20,000 nucleotides of DNA from the sequence record SRR31156797_5325. One strand, written 5' to 3'. Below the pieces are notes generated by a model, which saw only the letters and a list, made by a program, of their open reading frames with translations, was not told where the DNA came from and searched no databases. A program made the position numbers and the translations under genes. Positions 1 to 8,707 of the stretch are shown one piece after another (the first letter of the stretch is position 1; each line of letters opens with the position of its first letter).

Positions 1-1672
1 CGTAGAACAGAACACTTTCTTGCGGAACACAGCCTATATTACGTCGTATGTCGATATGGTGAAGTTGTTGGATATCAGTGTCATCGATACGGACGTGGCC
101 TTCTGTGGGCTGATACAGGCCCATAATCAGTCTTTCTAGCGTTGTTTTGCCTGAACCTATACGACCAATTATCGCCACCTTCTCTCCAGGATTGATGGTT
201 AAGCTTAAATCGCGAATCGAGGCGACTGGAGAGTCTGGGTAATGGAATGTGACCCTATCAAGTTCGATTTTTCCTTGAATCATTGGGCGATGAATATAGC
301 GCTTACCTTCTTCTTGTTCATCCGGCATTTGCATCACTTGTTCTATGATTTTCAATGACGATTTTGCCTGGTTGTAACGAGTAGAAAGCAATGACAATTG
401 AACCATTGGCGCAATGGCTCTGCCGCTCAACATGGTGGCAGCAATCAATCCACCCATCGTAAGGTTACCTTCGGAGATCAAATAAACCCCCAAGATGATC
501 ATCCCTACGCTCGATGCTTGCTGAACTAACCCGGCGGTACTTTGAATGCCATCGGTAATACGGCGGCTTTTAATGTTCCAGTTGGCCATATGCGCAACGG
601 CTTCTTCCCAGCGATACTGAAATTGGCTTTGAGCTCCGAACAGCTTAACGGTTTCTAATCCCGCTAGGCTTTCGATCAAGTTGGCATATTTCTGTGATGC
701 CAGACGAGACCCCTCTTCAATGGCTCTGCGTAATGGAGCTTGAATGAGTAAGGAATACACCACAAGAATCAGCACACCAGCAATGGGTACGAACACTAAA
801 TCCCCAGCCATCAACCAGATGATGACCAAAAATAGGATGGCGAATGGCAAATCGATCAGTGATGAAATTGTTGCAGAGGTAAAGAACTCGCGAATTGATT
901 CGAACTCTTGTAAGTGACGCGCAAATGCTCCAACAGAAGGTGGACGAGACTCCATCCGAATACCCATCACTTTACTGAACAATTTTGATGACAATAGGAT
1001 ATCGGACTTTTTACCGGCTACGTCGATAAAGTAGTTCCGCAGCATTTTCAGGGTAAAGTCGAATAAAAAGATAACGAAAACACCACTAGCGAGTACCCAC
1101 AATGTCTCGAAAGCTAAGTTAGGCAATACCTTATCGTATACCAGCCTGGTAAACATCGGGGCGGCAATCGCGAATAAGTTGATGAGCAGTGAAGCTAAAA
1201 CAACATCACGATAGATACGTTTAGATTGCCAAATGGTGCCCCAAAACCAGTGTCCCTCTCTGGTTTTCAGTATTTCTGGTGAGCGTTCATCATAGCGAAA
1301 CTGTTTCTTCACCATGAAGTAACGGCCGATGAATCGTGCCTTCAGCTCCTCTAAAGGATAGGCGATAGGCACCATACCGGATTCAGCCGTCACGATCTCG
1401 GCTTCTTGCTTTTCTTCGTTGATGCTGTTTAGAACACACGCCTCGTTGCCTTTTAATAGCAAGACAACAGGAAATACCAACTGTGGAATGGCTTCTAACT
1501 CAGAGCGATTTTCTTTCGCAATCAATCCTGCCCGTTCCGCTGAGCGAGGGAAAAGAAAAGGGGTGAGCTTTCCATCCGTAAGGGGTAATCCGTTGATCAA
1601 AGCGTCAGGCGAGTTCGCTAAACCGTAGTAGCGACTGACATAAACCAAAGAATTAAGTAACGTATCTTGCAT
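1..1672 (-). CDS. lapB: Type I secretion ABC transporter/permease (LapB/HlyB-like), 3' end outside the window
   Basis: Not in the ORF track. Read manually on the minus strand from ATG at 1672: MQDTLLNSLVYVSRYYGLANSPDALINGLP..., followed by transmembrane segments and Walker A GRIGSGKTT at about 140-166. AAGG RBS upstream. Lies in an operon with HlyD, LapG and LapD homologues. Confidence 0.9.
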   Translation of the reverse strand, partial: MQDTLLNSLVYVSRYYGLANSPDALINGLPLTDGKLTPFLFPRSAERAGLIAKENRSELEAIPQLVFPVVLLLKGNEACVLNSINEEKQEAEIVTAESGMVPIAYPLEELKARFIGRYFMVKKQFRYDERSPEILKTREGHWFWGTIWQSKRIYRDVVLASLLINLFAIAAPMFTRLVYDKVLPNLAFETLWVLASGVFVIFLFDFTLKMLRNYFIDVAGKKSDILLSSKLFSKVMGIRMESRPPSVGAFARHLQEFESIREFFTSATISSLIDLPFAILFLVIIWLMAGDLVFVPIAGVLILVVYSLLIQAPLRRAIEEGSRLASQKYANLIESLAGLETVKLFGAQSQFQYRWEEAVAHMANWNIKSRRITDGIQSTAGLVQQASSVGMIILGVYLISEGNLTMGGLIAATMLSGRAIAPMVQLSLLSTRYNQAKSSLKIIEQVMQMPDEQEEGKRYIHRPMIQGKIELDRVTFHYPDSPVASIRDLSLTINPGEKVAIIGRIGSGKTTLERLIMGLYQPTEGHVRIDDTDIQQLHHIDIRRNIGCVPQESVLFY

Positions 1673-1690
1673 TACAACAAACCTTTATTC

Positions 1691-3601
1691 TTACTTATCA
1701 ACGATGAAACCTTGGAACACTTCGATGAAGTGCTCAGACAACAAGTCTAACTGAGCTTGAGTTTCAACGCGTGAAGCGATGGTTTTAATTCCCAAGTTAT
1801 GCGCAGTTCGAGAAATAGACGTTAGGGTGAACTTTTGCTTCTCATCATCAAGATGATGGGTAAACAGATAGTCCAGTTTGACGTACTTCGGCCTAAACTC
1901 GTTGATGTAATCAAGAGATTGGAAGTTACGTCCGTAATTATCGACCCCAAAATCCGCGCCAGCCGAACGCACAGCGTTACAGAACAGAGCTGTGTGGTGA
2001 GGAATGTTGATAAAACAATTTTCAGGAATTTCGAAATGCAGCTTGTCACACACTTCTTTATGTTTGTTTAATGTCTGAGTTATCCAGCGAATAAAGCTTG
2101 GTTGTTCAATACTACTCTGAGCAATGTTGATCGCTAATGGAGCCTCAAACTCATTCGCTTCTAATCGTTCAATCATTTTAACGATGACATACTCATCAAA
2201 CTTATGGCTCGCGTTGAGTTGTTCTAATGCAAACAAATATTGGTTGGCGGTATAACGTTCATCACCGTTTTCAATCGCAGAGAAAACTTCGCGGTGGAAA
2301 GGGTTACCCCAACTGTCGTTTGCTGCCTGAAAACGGTAGCTGAACCAATCGTTGTGCATTGCTTCTTCAACCAAGGCTTTCCACTGCTGTTTACCTTTAA
2401 TGACTTGATCGGTTTCAGAAGTGATAAAGCCATAGTTCAGTTCAGCATCAGATTTCGACTGAGCGACGGCGTTATCCAACAGAGATAGGATTTGAGTAGA
2501 TGTTTTTTTAGTGCGGTTATGCACAAAGCCAAGGTAGGCTTTTTCTTGTGTCATACCGGTTGGATCAGCACTGGTATCTTGAATACAACCGTTAATGCTT
2601 TCCGCAATGAGTTTGAGTTCTGACTCGTCCATGTTTGGCAGAATAAAGCCAAACTCTTCTGTAGAGATACGAGCAATGGTGGCATCTGATTGTGAGACCG
2701 CAACTTTAAGGTGTTCTGCCAAGCTGCGGATCATTCCATCGCCAGCCTCATAGCCTTTTTCTTCGTAAAGCTCTTTAATGTATTCAGCTTGTAGAATGGC
2801 AACCCCTCCAGAAGCGCTCTCAGCCAACCAGCTACTCAGTTGGTTCATATAGTAGGCTCGGTTACCCAATTGAGATACCGGGTCGATATAAGCGCGTTCA
2901 CGCAGCATTTGAGCTTCTTTAGCTTGAGCCTTGAAGGATTTCTCTACTTGCGCTGACATGCTGTTGATTCCTTCAACAACAGAAATCAGATCTTTGGTTT
3001 TCGGTAGTGGGAGAGGTTCGCCAAAATAGTTGCGAGCCACTTGTTCCATTTTTTTAACGATCAGTTGCAGAGGATGGAGAGCACGTTTCAGAATCAGAGA
3101 TATTGCCACTAAGCCAGCAAAGAATATCGCACTAAATGCGATCGACAGACGAATCAAAGCATTCCATAGCTGAGAGTAGGCTTCTCCTGGGTGGCTGATG
3201 ATCTCCACTTCTGCCAGTTGCATCCAGCCACTCGTCACCACGCGTTGATCATGAATAGGCTGGAACAAGTCAAGGTTAGTAAACCATGCTGGTACTGCAT
3301 TTGGGCGTATTGGGTACGCTCTTTCAATTTGATTGTCGTCATCAAGAAATTTCAACCGTACTAACGAATAAGTACTACCGTCAAACAGTGCATTGATGAC
3401 AGACTCAACCGCAACGGTATCTTTGTTTTCTAAATAAGGGGCAAGGGCTAAGCCGACGGTATTTATCGTGTTATTGACCTCTGAGCGTTGCTGTTGCTCG
3501 AGGTTATCGCGAGTCGTATTAAATTCGATCACAAATACCGAAGCTAACAGCAGAACAAATACAGAGATCATTCCTGCGACCAGTTGTTTATATAGTGTCA
3601 T
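1691..3601 (-). CDS. lapD: LapD-like inner-membrane c-di-GMP receptor (periplasmic output domain, HAMP, degenerate GGDEF, degenerate EAL)
   Basis: Two TM helices flank a periplasmic domain carrying the GWxQ loop (SGWMQ). STEEF replaces GGDEF; EVF and DNYGRNFQSL replace EAL and DDFGTGYSSL. Adjacent to lapG. Confidence 0.92.
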   Translation of the reverse strand: MTLYKQLVAGMISVFVLLLASVFVIEFNTTRDNLEQQQRSEVNNTINTVGLALAPYLENKDTVAVESVINALFDGSTYSLVRLKFLDDDNQIERAYPIRPNAVPAWFTNLDLFQPIHDQRVVTSGWMQLAEVEIISHPGEAYSQLWNALIRLSIAFSAIFFAGLVAISLILKRALHPLQLIVKKMEQVARNYFGEPLPLPKTKDLISVVEGINSMSAQVEKSFKAQAKEAQMLRERAYIDPVSQLGNRAYYMNQLSSWLAESASGGVAILQAEYIKELYEEKGYEAGDGMIRSLAEHLKVAVSQSDATIARISTEEFGFILPNMDESELKLIAESINGCIQDTSADPTGMTQEKAYLGFVHNRTKKTSTQILSLLDNAVAQSKSDAELNYGFITSETDQVIKGKQQWKALVEEAMHNDWFSYRFQAANDSWGNPFHREVFSAIENGDERYTANQYLFALEQLNASHKFDEYVIVKMIERLEANEFEAPLAINIAQSSIEQPSFIRWITQTLNKHKEVCDKLHFEIPENCFINIPHHTALFCNAVRSAGADFGVDNYGRNFQSLDYINEFRPKYVKLDYLFTHHLDDEKQKFTLTSISRTAHNLGIKTIASRVETQAQLDLLSEHFIEVFQGFIVDK

Positions 3602-3606
3602 AGTGC

Positions 3607-4269
3607 CTACTCATCGTAACTGATTTGTGGTTTATTCAGTTTAAGAGCGCGCTCACGAGCGCGTAAATCGTTCCAGAGGCTAAGGCGTGAAGATTCACCA
3701 GCGAGCTGGCCATTCTTCGTTTTCATTAGCCACAAATTTTTACCGTTGAAACTGTATATAGGTAATAAGTCTCGACGGGTTGAAGCGGGTTTTATTTCGC
3801 CGTTGATGTTGTCCAAAATTAGCGGTTCTGCGTTGGGTGTTGAGTAATAGGCTAAAACCATATGGAACTGGTTCAATGTAATGGCTTTAACATAGACAAG
3901 ACGTAGCTTTTTGTCTGACACACCTAACTCAAGTAAGGAGAAATATTTTGCGATGGTGAAATCTTCGCAATCACCGGCGTTACTCCCAAGAAACTCTAAC
4001 GGGGTGGCCCAGTAATCCTTTTTTCCCCATAGTTTGATGTCGTCAACGAAATACAGTTGGTTAAAAAATCGGTTGACCTGGGTTAACTGCTCTCGCTCAG
4101 AAAGGCGGCTATAGCGGCTCATCTCCGCTCGCCAGGTTGACACCCGTTTACCTGCTCTCGGTCCATAGGTCGCAGATACGGCATCAATCCATTGCTGCTC
4201 TTGCGTACTGAGCGCCATGGAAATTGATGATGCGACTAAAATCAGTGGCACCAATATCCAACGTTTCAT
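3607..4269 (-). CDS. lapG: LapG-like periplasmic transglutaminase-like cysteine protease (BTLCP)
   Basis: Signal peptide; DYWATPLEF, GDCEDF (catalytic Cys), HMVLAYY (His) and ILDN (Asp). ATG at 4269 preferred over the track's TTG at 4275 on RBS spacing. Confidence 0.92.
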   Translation of the reverse strand: MKRWILVPLILVASSISMALSTQEQQWIDAVSATYGPRAGKRVSTWRAEMSRYSRLSEREQLTQVNRFFNQLYFVDDIKLWGKKDYWATPLEFLGSNAGDCEDFTIAKYFSLLELGVSDKKLRLVYVKAITLNQFHMVLAYYSTPNAEPLILDNINGEIKPASTRRDLLPIYSFNGKNLWLMKTKNGQLAGESSRLSLWNDLRARERALKLNKPQISYDE

Positions 4270-4326
4270 CGCCAACTCTTAATAAGTTTTTGATACATAG
4301 TGAGATAACCTTATGAGCTTTGTTTA

Positions 4327-5718
4327 TTATTCTCGCAAGGCATTTTTCTTTGCTCTGAGAATAGGTTCAAGTAAGTACTCCATAACGGTGCGCTTGCCGG
4401 TAATGATATCAATAGATGCCGTCATACCGGGAATGATAGGTAAATCCTCATCATGGCCCAGTGATGTTTCTTTGGTACGAACTCTCACTAGGTAATAGCT
4501 GTTGCCTTCCTCATCTTGCGTCGTATCGGCACTGATATGTTCCAGTGTGCCTTCTAAGCCACCGTATTTGGTAAAGTCATAGGCACTAAACTTAACGATA
4601 GCGTGTAAATCCGGGCGCAAAAACGCGATGTCTTGTGGGGCAATTTGAGCTTCAACCAGCAAAGTGTCTTCTGTTGGTACAATTTCTACGATATCCATCC
4701 CTGGCTGAATCACACCGCCAACCGTATTAACGTTTAATGTTTTCACGGTTCCGGTTACCGGAGAAACAACAACGGTTCGGTTAACTCGGTCTTCTAAACC
4801 CACTGCAGACTCGGTCATGGATGAAAGCTTATCCTGAGCCTGATTGAGTTCTTGTTGCTGCTGAGAACGGAACTTCTGTGCGGTATCAATACCACTGAGC
4901 ATTGCTTCACGAATATTCGATCTCAGCACAGGCACTTTGAGTTCACTGGACGTGAGCTCGCGTCGAGTGTCGTTCACCTGGCGCTGTAGTTTAAGAAGTT
5001 CAATGCGTGGTACAACGCCTTCATTGGCGAGAGGCTCGGTAATCTCTAGTTCTTTTTTCGCAAAGTCATAGCTTTGGCGCAAGTTACGTATTCGCGCCTG
5101 AATTTCTATGAGCTCTTGTTGTTTTTGCTTTACTTGTTGACCAACAACGGAAAGTTGGTTGCGTAAGTTATCTAAATCCTGACGGTATTCCGCACGTTGT
5201 CGGGCAACAAGATCCGGTTGTGTCTCACTTAAAATTGGTGGAAAAGCCAGTTTGTTGTATTCAATTTTCACACTGTCTTGCCAATTGTTTTCACTGAAAT
5301 CTTCATCAATGACCACACTGGATAGTGACGCTGAAAGCTGCAGTACATTCGCTGTTAGGTTGGCGACCTGTTGTTCACGTTCACGAAAGTCAGATCGAAA
5401 ACGCGTATCGTCAATTAGGATGAGCTGTTGACCTTTCGTGACTCGTTCGCCTTCTCTCACCAGAATTTGTTTTACTAGACCACCTTCGAGGTTTTGAATC
5501 ACCTGTACTTGAGAGGAAGGGACGACTTTACCTTGGCCACGCGTTACTTTGTCTATTTCGGCCCAAGATGCCCAAAAAGAAGCGACAATAACAAAAACGA
5601 TCATAACCCAAAGCATGACTCGAGCACTGCTTGGAGTATTTAAAAGAAGTGCAGCGGTTTGGTCATCAACATAATCTAGTTCTGTTGTAGAGAGCTTATT
5701 ATAACTACTCTTGCTCAT
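4327..5718 (-). CDS. lapC: HlyD-family type I secretion membrane fusion protein (LapC-like)
   Basis: Single N-terminal TM, GKVVPSSQVQVIQNLEGG, long coiled coil, SPVTGTV, YDFTKYG and PGMTASIDIITGKRTVMEYLLEP motifs. Confidence 0.92.
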   Translation of the reverse strand: MSKSSYNKLSTTELDYVDDQTAALLLNTPSSARVMLWVMIVFVIVASFWASWAEIDKVTRGQGKVVPSSQVQVIQNLEGGLVKQILVREGERVTKGQQLILIDDTRFRSDFREREQQVANLTANVLQLSASLSSVVIDEDFSENNWQDSVKIEYNKLAFPPILSETQPDLVARQRAEYRQDLDNLRNQLSVVGQQVKQKQQELIEIQARIRNLRQSYDFAKKELEITEPLANEGVVPRIELLKLQRQVNDTRRELTSSELKVPVLRSNIREAMLSGIDTAQKFRSQQQQELNQAQDKLSSMTESAVGLEDRVNRTVVVSPVTGTVKTLNVNTVGGVIQPGMDIVEIVPTEDTLLVEAQIAPQDIAFLRPDLHAIVKFSAYDFTKYGGLEGTLEHISADTTQDEEGNSYYLVRVRTKETSLGHDEDLPIIPGMTASIDIITGKRTVMEYLLEPILRAKKNALRE

Positions 5719-6019
5719 TCGAAATCCCTGATCCTAAAGCTTTTACGGGTGGAAGATACCCCCATAAGAATAAATGTTAAAACTATGCTACGTATAGCGA
5801 TTTTCATTGAAATATTAAATTAATTTACCTTTCTGATAGGTGAGCGGTATTAATTTGACACTAAAGTTACCCATTTTCTTCACTCTGAGGGTTTACATTT
5901 AGTTTAGTCGTTAACTAAACAAACGTTGTAGCTGCCTTATCGCTAGTTTTTTATGATCCAATAACTTGAGTTCTGAAACAGTTCAGAGGACAATCGGCAA
6001 AAAATAATGAGGAGTAGAA

Positions 6020-6655
6020 ATGGATCTTTCAGATATACGCCGAGAATACATTCGTGGTGGCTTAAGAAGAAAGGACTTGCTGGCTGACCCTGTTGATCAG
6101 TTTAACTTATGGTTGCAGCAAGCTATTGATGCTAAGTTGACGGACCCTACGGCAATGACTGTTGCGACAGTGGATCAAAATGGTCAACCTTTCCAGCGTA
6201 TCGTGTTGTTGAAGAATTTAGATCAAAATGGCTTCGTTTTTTACACCAACTTAGGCAGTCGCAAAGCCCAGCATATTGAACACAATAATAAAGTGAGTAT
6301 CCATTTCCCATGGCATCCACTCGAAAGACAAGTTCATGTTACTGGCACAGCTGAAAAGTTATCCGCATTAGAAAACATGAAGTACTTCACTTCTCGCCCT
6401 AAAGAGAGCCAAATTGCGGCTATTGCCAGCCACCAAAGTAGTCGCATCTCTGCGCGTGGTATTTTGGAAGGTAAGTATCTGGAACTAAAGCAGAAGTTTG
6501 CTAATGGAGAAATTCCAGTACCAAGTTTTTGGGGCGGCTATCGAATTCGTCCAGAAAGTATCGAATTTTGGCAAGGTGGCGAACACCGCTTACACGACCG
6601 TTTCTTGTTTAGTAAAGCGGACGGTTCGTGGAATATAGACCGTCTGGCACCATAA
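6020..6655 (+). CDS. pdxH: Pyridoxamine/pyridoxine 5'-phosphate oxidase
   Basis: [27 protein letters not shown] and [13 protein letters not shown] signature motifs; GAGGAG RBS. Confidence 0.97.
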   Translation: MDLSDIRREYIRGGLRRKDLLADPVDQFNLWLQQAIDAKLTDPTAMTVATVDQNGQPFQRIVLLKNLDQNGFVFYTNLGSRKAQHIEHNNKVSIHFPWHPLERQVHVTGTAEKLSALENMKYFTSRPKESQIAAIASHQSSRISARGILEGKYLELKQKFANGEIPVPSFWGGYRIRPESIEFWQGGEHRLHDRFLFSKADGSWNIDRLAP

Positions 6656-6691
6656 TAGAACCGTTGATTGTTATTGGTTTTTAATTGATCA

Positions 6692-6719
6692 AAAAAGAGG
6701 GAGTTAACTCCCTCTTTTT
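6692..6719. terminator. Bidirectional intrinsic terminator
   Basis: Perfect palindrome AAAAAGAGGGAG-TTAA-CTCCCTCTTTTT between convergent genes, giving a U-tract on both strands. Confidence 0.92.
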
Positions 6720-6738
6720 AATGGTTATGGGTTGGTGA

Positions 6739-8559
6739 TTAAAGCTCGCGAAGTACTCTGAAACCGACATAGTTCGCTGCGGTTGTCGGTGAGATAAATA
6801 ACTGCTTATCCGCTTTGGCCATCTCTGGAGAAAAGCTCCAAGCGCCGCCTTTTGCCATACCTCGAGGATCGTTGGTCCATTCCCAAACGTTACCTACTAT
6901 GTCATAGAACCCTAGACGGTTTGGTTCGAATGAACGGACTGGTGATGTGCTCTTATTCGACCATTGGGTTCCGCCCCAGCCGGTATTCGCTCGACCTGCA
7001 CCAAACTTGTCACCCCACCAGTAGCCTTCTTGGCTGCCTGAGCGTGCAGCAATTTCCCATTCATCTTCCGTTGGTAAGCGGTATGTGTACCCGGTTTGCT
7101 TTGAAAGCCAGCGTGTATAAGCGGTAGCATCATTGCGGCTGATACACACGGCTGGAGACAGTGCAGACTGTTTAAACCCAGGGTTACGCCAGTAGCTGTC
7201 AGCAACCGGAGTGACTTCTGAATCATTCACCGAAATACAGACATTTTTTAGTTCTGCGTCAGTTTGATAATTGGTTTGATTAACAAATCGTTCAAACTGT
7301 TCAACAGTGATTGGCGCGGCACTTAATGCGAAAGCATGATCAAGGGTAACTTGTCGTGATGCTTGCTCGCCTAGGAGATACTCACCACGGATCAAAGTAA
7401 CGACTTGAGGGGCTTTTGAACCTCCTTGCAGTGAATCAGCAAACTTGTCGCCCGCTTTTAGAATATTTTCATATTCGCGTAGTACCGCACGTAAGGTTTG
7501 ATCGGCGGTCACTTCCATTTCACTGTGGAATGAGCGGTAACCTTCTTTTTCAATTGTAATCGTGTGCTTTCCAACTGGCATAAGCACTTCGACAGGGGTA
7601 CTGCCGTAGTGAACGCCATCGACAGTCACTTTGTCGCCATATTGATTTGAACGTACTGAGAGGCTAACCCAAGCCGTTTCTTTTTGCGGAACTTCACCCT
7701 GTGAGTTTTCCCCTGGTGCAAAACAGTATTGAGAATTAAGGTCAAGCAGCTTACAAGGTGCGTTTTCCGCAGGCCTCGCATCCATTTGTGCTTGAACAAC
7801 CGTTCTGTATTTATTCCCGTCAAAGAAACCGGACTCAACGGTTTCATGTTTTAGAACATGGATGTTTAAAGAGACATTAGCTAGATGCTGCTTAACGATA
7901 TGCGCTTCGCTGGTTTCATCTACTAGCCATGTTTGAAATTGTTTTACTGCTTTTTGTAATGCTAATTCGGTGGTTTGGTTGCTACATTGAGCCAACGTCA
8001 TATCTGCACTACAGGTATTGGTGAAACTAACTTTTTGTTCACCTGAAGTCTTCAACTCACTTCTTAAACGTTCAGCTCGGGCTCGCAGTTTATCTTGCTC
8101 CAAACCGGCAATGTTTTTTTCAATTGCTTGCTGCGCAGCTTTTTGGGTTGCAAGAGTGACTTCAAGCTCTTGTAGCTTCTGCTCAGCTTCCAAACGCGAC
8201 TTTTGATTTTGTTTCACTTCTAGCCAAGCCGCTTGATAAGCTTGTTGAGATGCTGAAATATCTAAGTCGGGTTCATCAATCATCTTTTGGTAATCAGACT
8301 CTAGCATTGACTTAGATCTCGCCAAGTCTGCGTCGAGTTTTGCTGCCAATTGATTCAGACGATCTACTTCGGCTTGTTGGTTGTCGAACACGGTTTGTTC
8401 TGACTGCGTTGCGTTTTTTGCTTCCTGCAGCTCTGAATGTTTACTGAACAGCGCGTCATCAATGGCCATTACAGAGGAAGGCGTCCCTTCTGCCAACGTC
8501 GATGTCGCCATTAAGCAAGGTGAGAGTGCTATTAAAAGAGCGGATATACCTTGTCGCAT
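6739..8559 (-). CDS. Exported coiled-coil + PEGA + FGE-sulfatase/SUMF1-fold protein, function unknown
   Basis: Signal peptide (…STLA-E); heptad-rich region at about aa 30-170; PEGA-like VDGVHYGSTP...GKHTITIEKEGY; FGE-fold motifs YRLPTEDEWEIAAR, PNRLGFYDIVGNVWEW, KGGAW and GFRV. Confidence 0.85.
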   Translation of the reverse strand: MRQGISALLIALSPCLMATSTLAEGTPSSVMAIDDALFSKHSELQEAKNATQSEQTVFDNQQAEVDRLNQLAAKLDADLARSKSMLESDYQKMIDEPDLDISASQQAYQAAWLEVKQNQKSRLEAEQKLQELEVTLATQKAAQQAIEKNIAGLEQDKLRARAERLRSELKTSGEQKVSFTNTCSADMTLAQCSNQTTELALQKAVKQFQTWLVDETSEAHIVKQHLANVSLNIHVLKHETVESGFFDGNKYRTVVQAQMDARPAENAPCKLLDLNSQYCFAPGENSQGEVPQKETAWVSLSVRSNQYGDKVTVDGVHYGSTPVEVLMPVGKHTITIEKEGYRSFHSEMEVTADQTLRAVLREYENILKAGDKFADSLQGGSKAPQVVTLIRGEYLLGEQASRQVTLDHAFALSAAPITVEQFERFVNQTNYQTDAELKNVCISVNDSEVTPVADSYWRNPGFKQSALSPAVCISRNDATAYTRWLSKQTGYTYRLPTEDEWEIAARSGSQEGYWWGDKFGAGRANTGWGGTQWSNKSTSPVRSFEPNRLGFYDIVGNVWEWTNDPRGMAKGGAWSFSPEMAKADKQLFISPTTAANYVGFRVLREL

Positions 8560-8610
8560 TGTTGTCTACTTCAGTTAAGTTTTAAAAAAATACTTTGGCT
8601 ATTCTAAACG

Positions 8611-8668
8611 AAAACGCCATTTTGTCAGAAGTTATCTTTACAATAACTTGGCTACAAAATGGCGTTTT
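8611..8668. repeat. Long imperfect inverted repeat between the two PEGA genes (possible terminator/attenuator or processing stem)
   Basis: AAAACGCCATTTTGT (8611-8625) pairs with ACAAAATGGCGTTTT (8654-8668); inner arms AAGTTAT/ATAACTT around a 7-nt loop. Confidence 0.75.
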
Positions 8669-8707
8669 ATCAACAGCTTTGTGAATCATGACAGAAAATT
8701 CTGACTT

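Noticed and set aside
1419-4495. Short ORFs 1419-1628, 1822-2049, 1835-2071, 2224-2433, 2240-2488 and 4313-4495
   Set aside because: Antisense or alternate-frame shadows of lapB, lapD and lapC with no recognisable motifs.
5719-6019. Short inverted repeats in the lapC-pdxH divergent spacer as an sRNA or c-di-GMP riboswitch
   Set aside because: Stems are only 6-7 bp in AT-rich DNA and no riboswitch consensus was recognised.
6739-6900. DGR variable region at the C-terminus of the FGE-fold protein
   Set aside because: No template-repeat copy and no reverse transcriptase seen in the window; a remote DGR cannot be excluded without a genome search.
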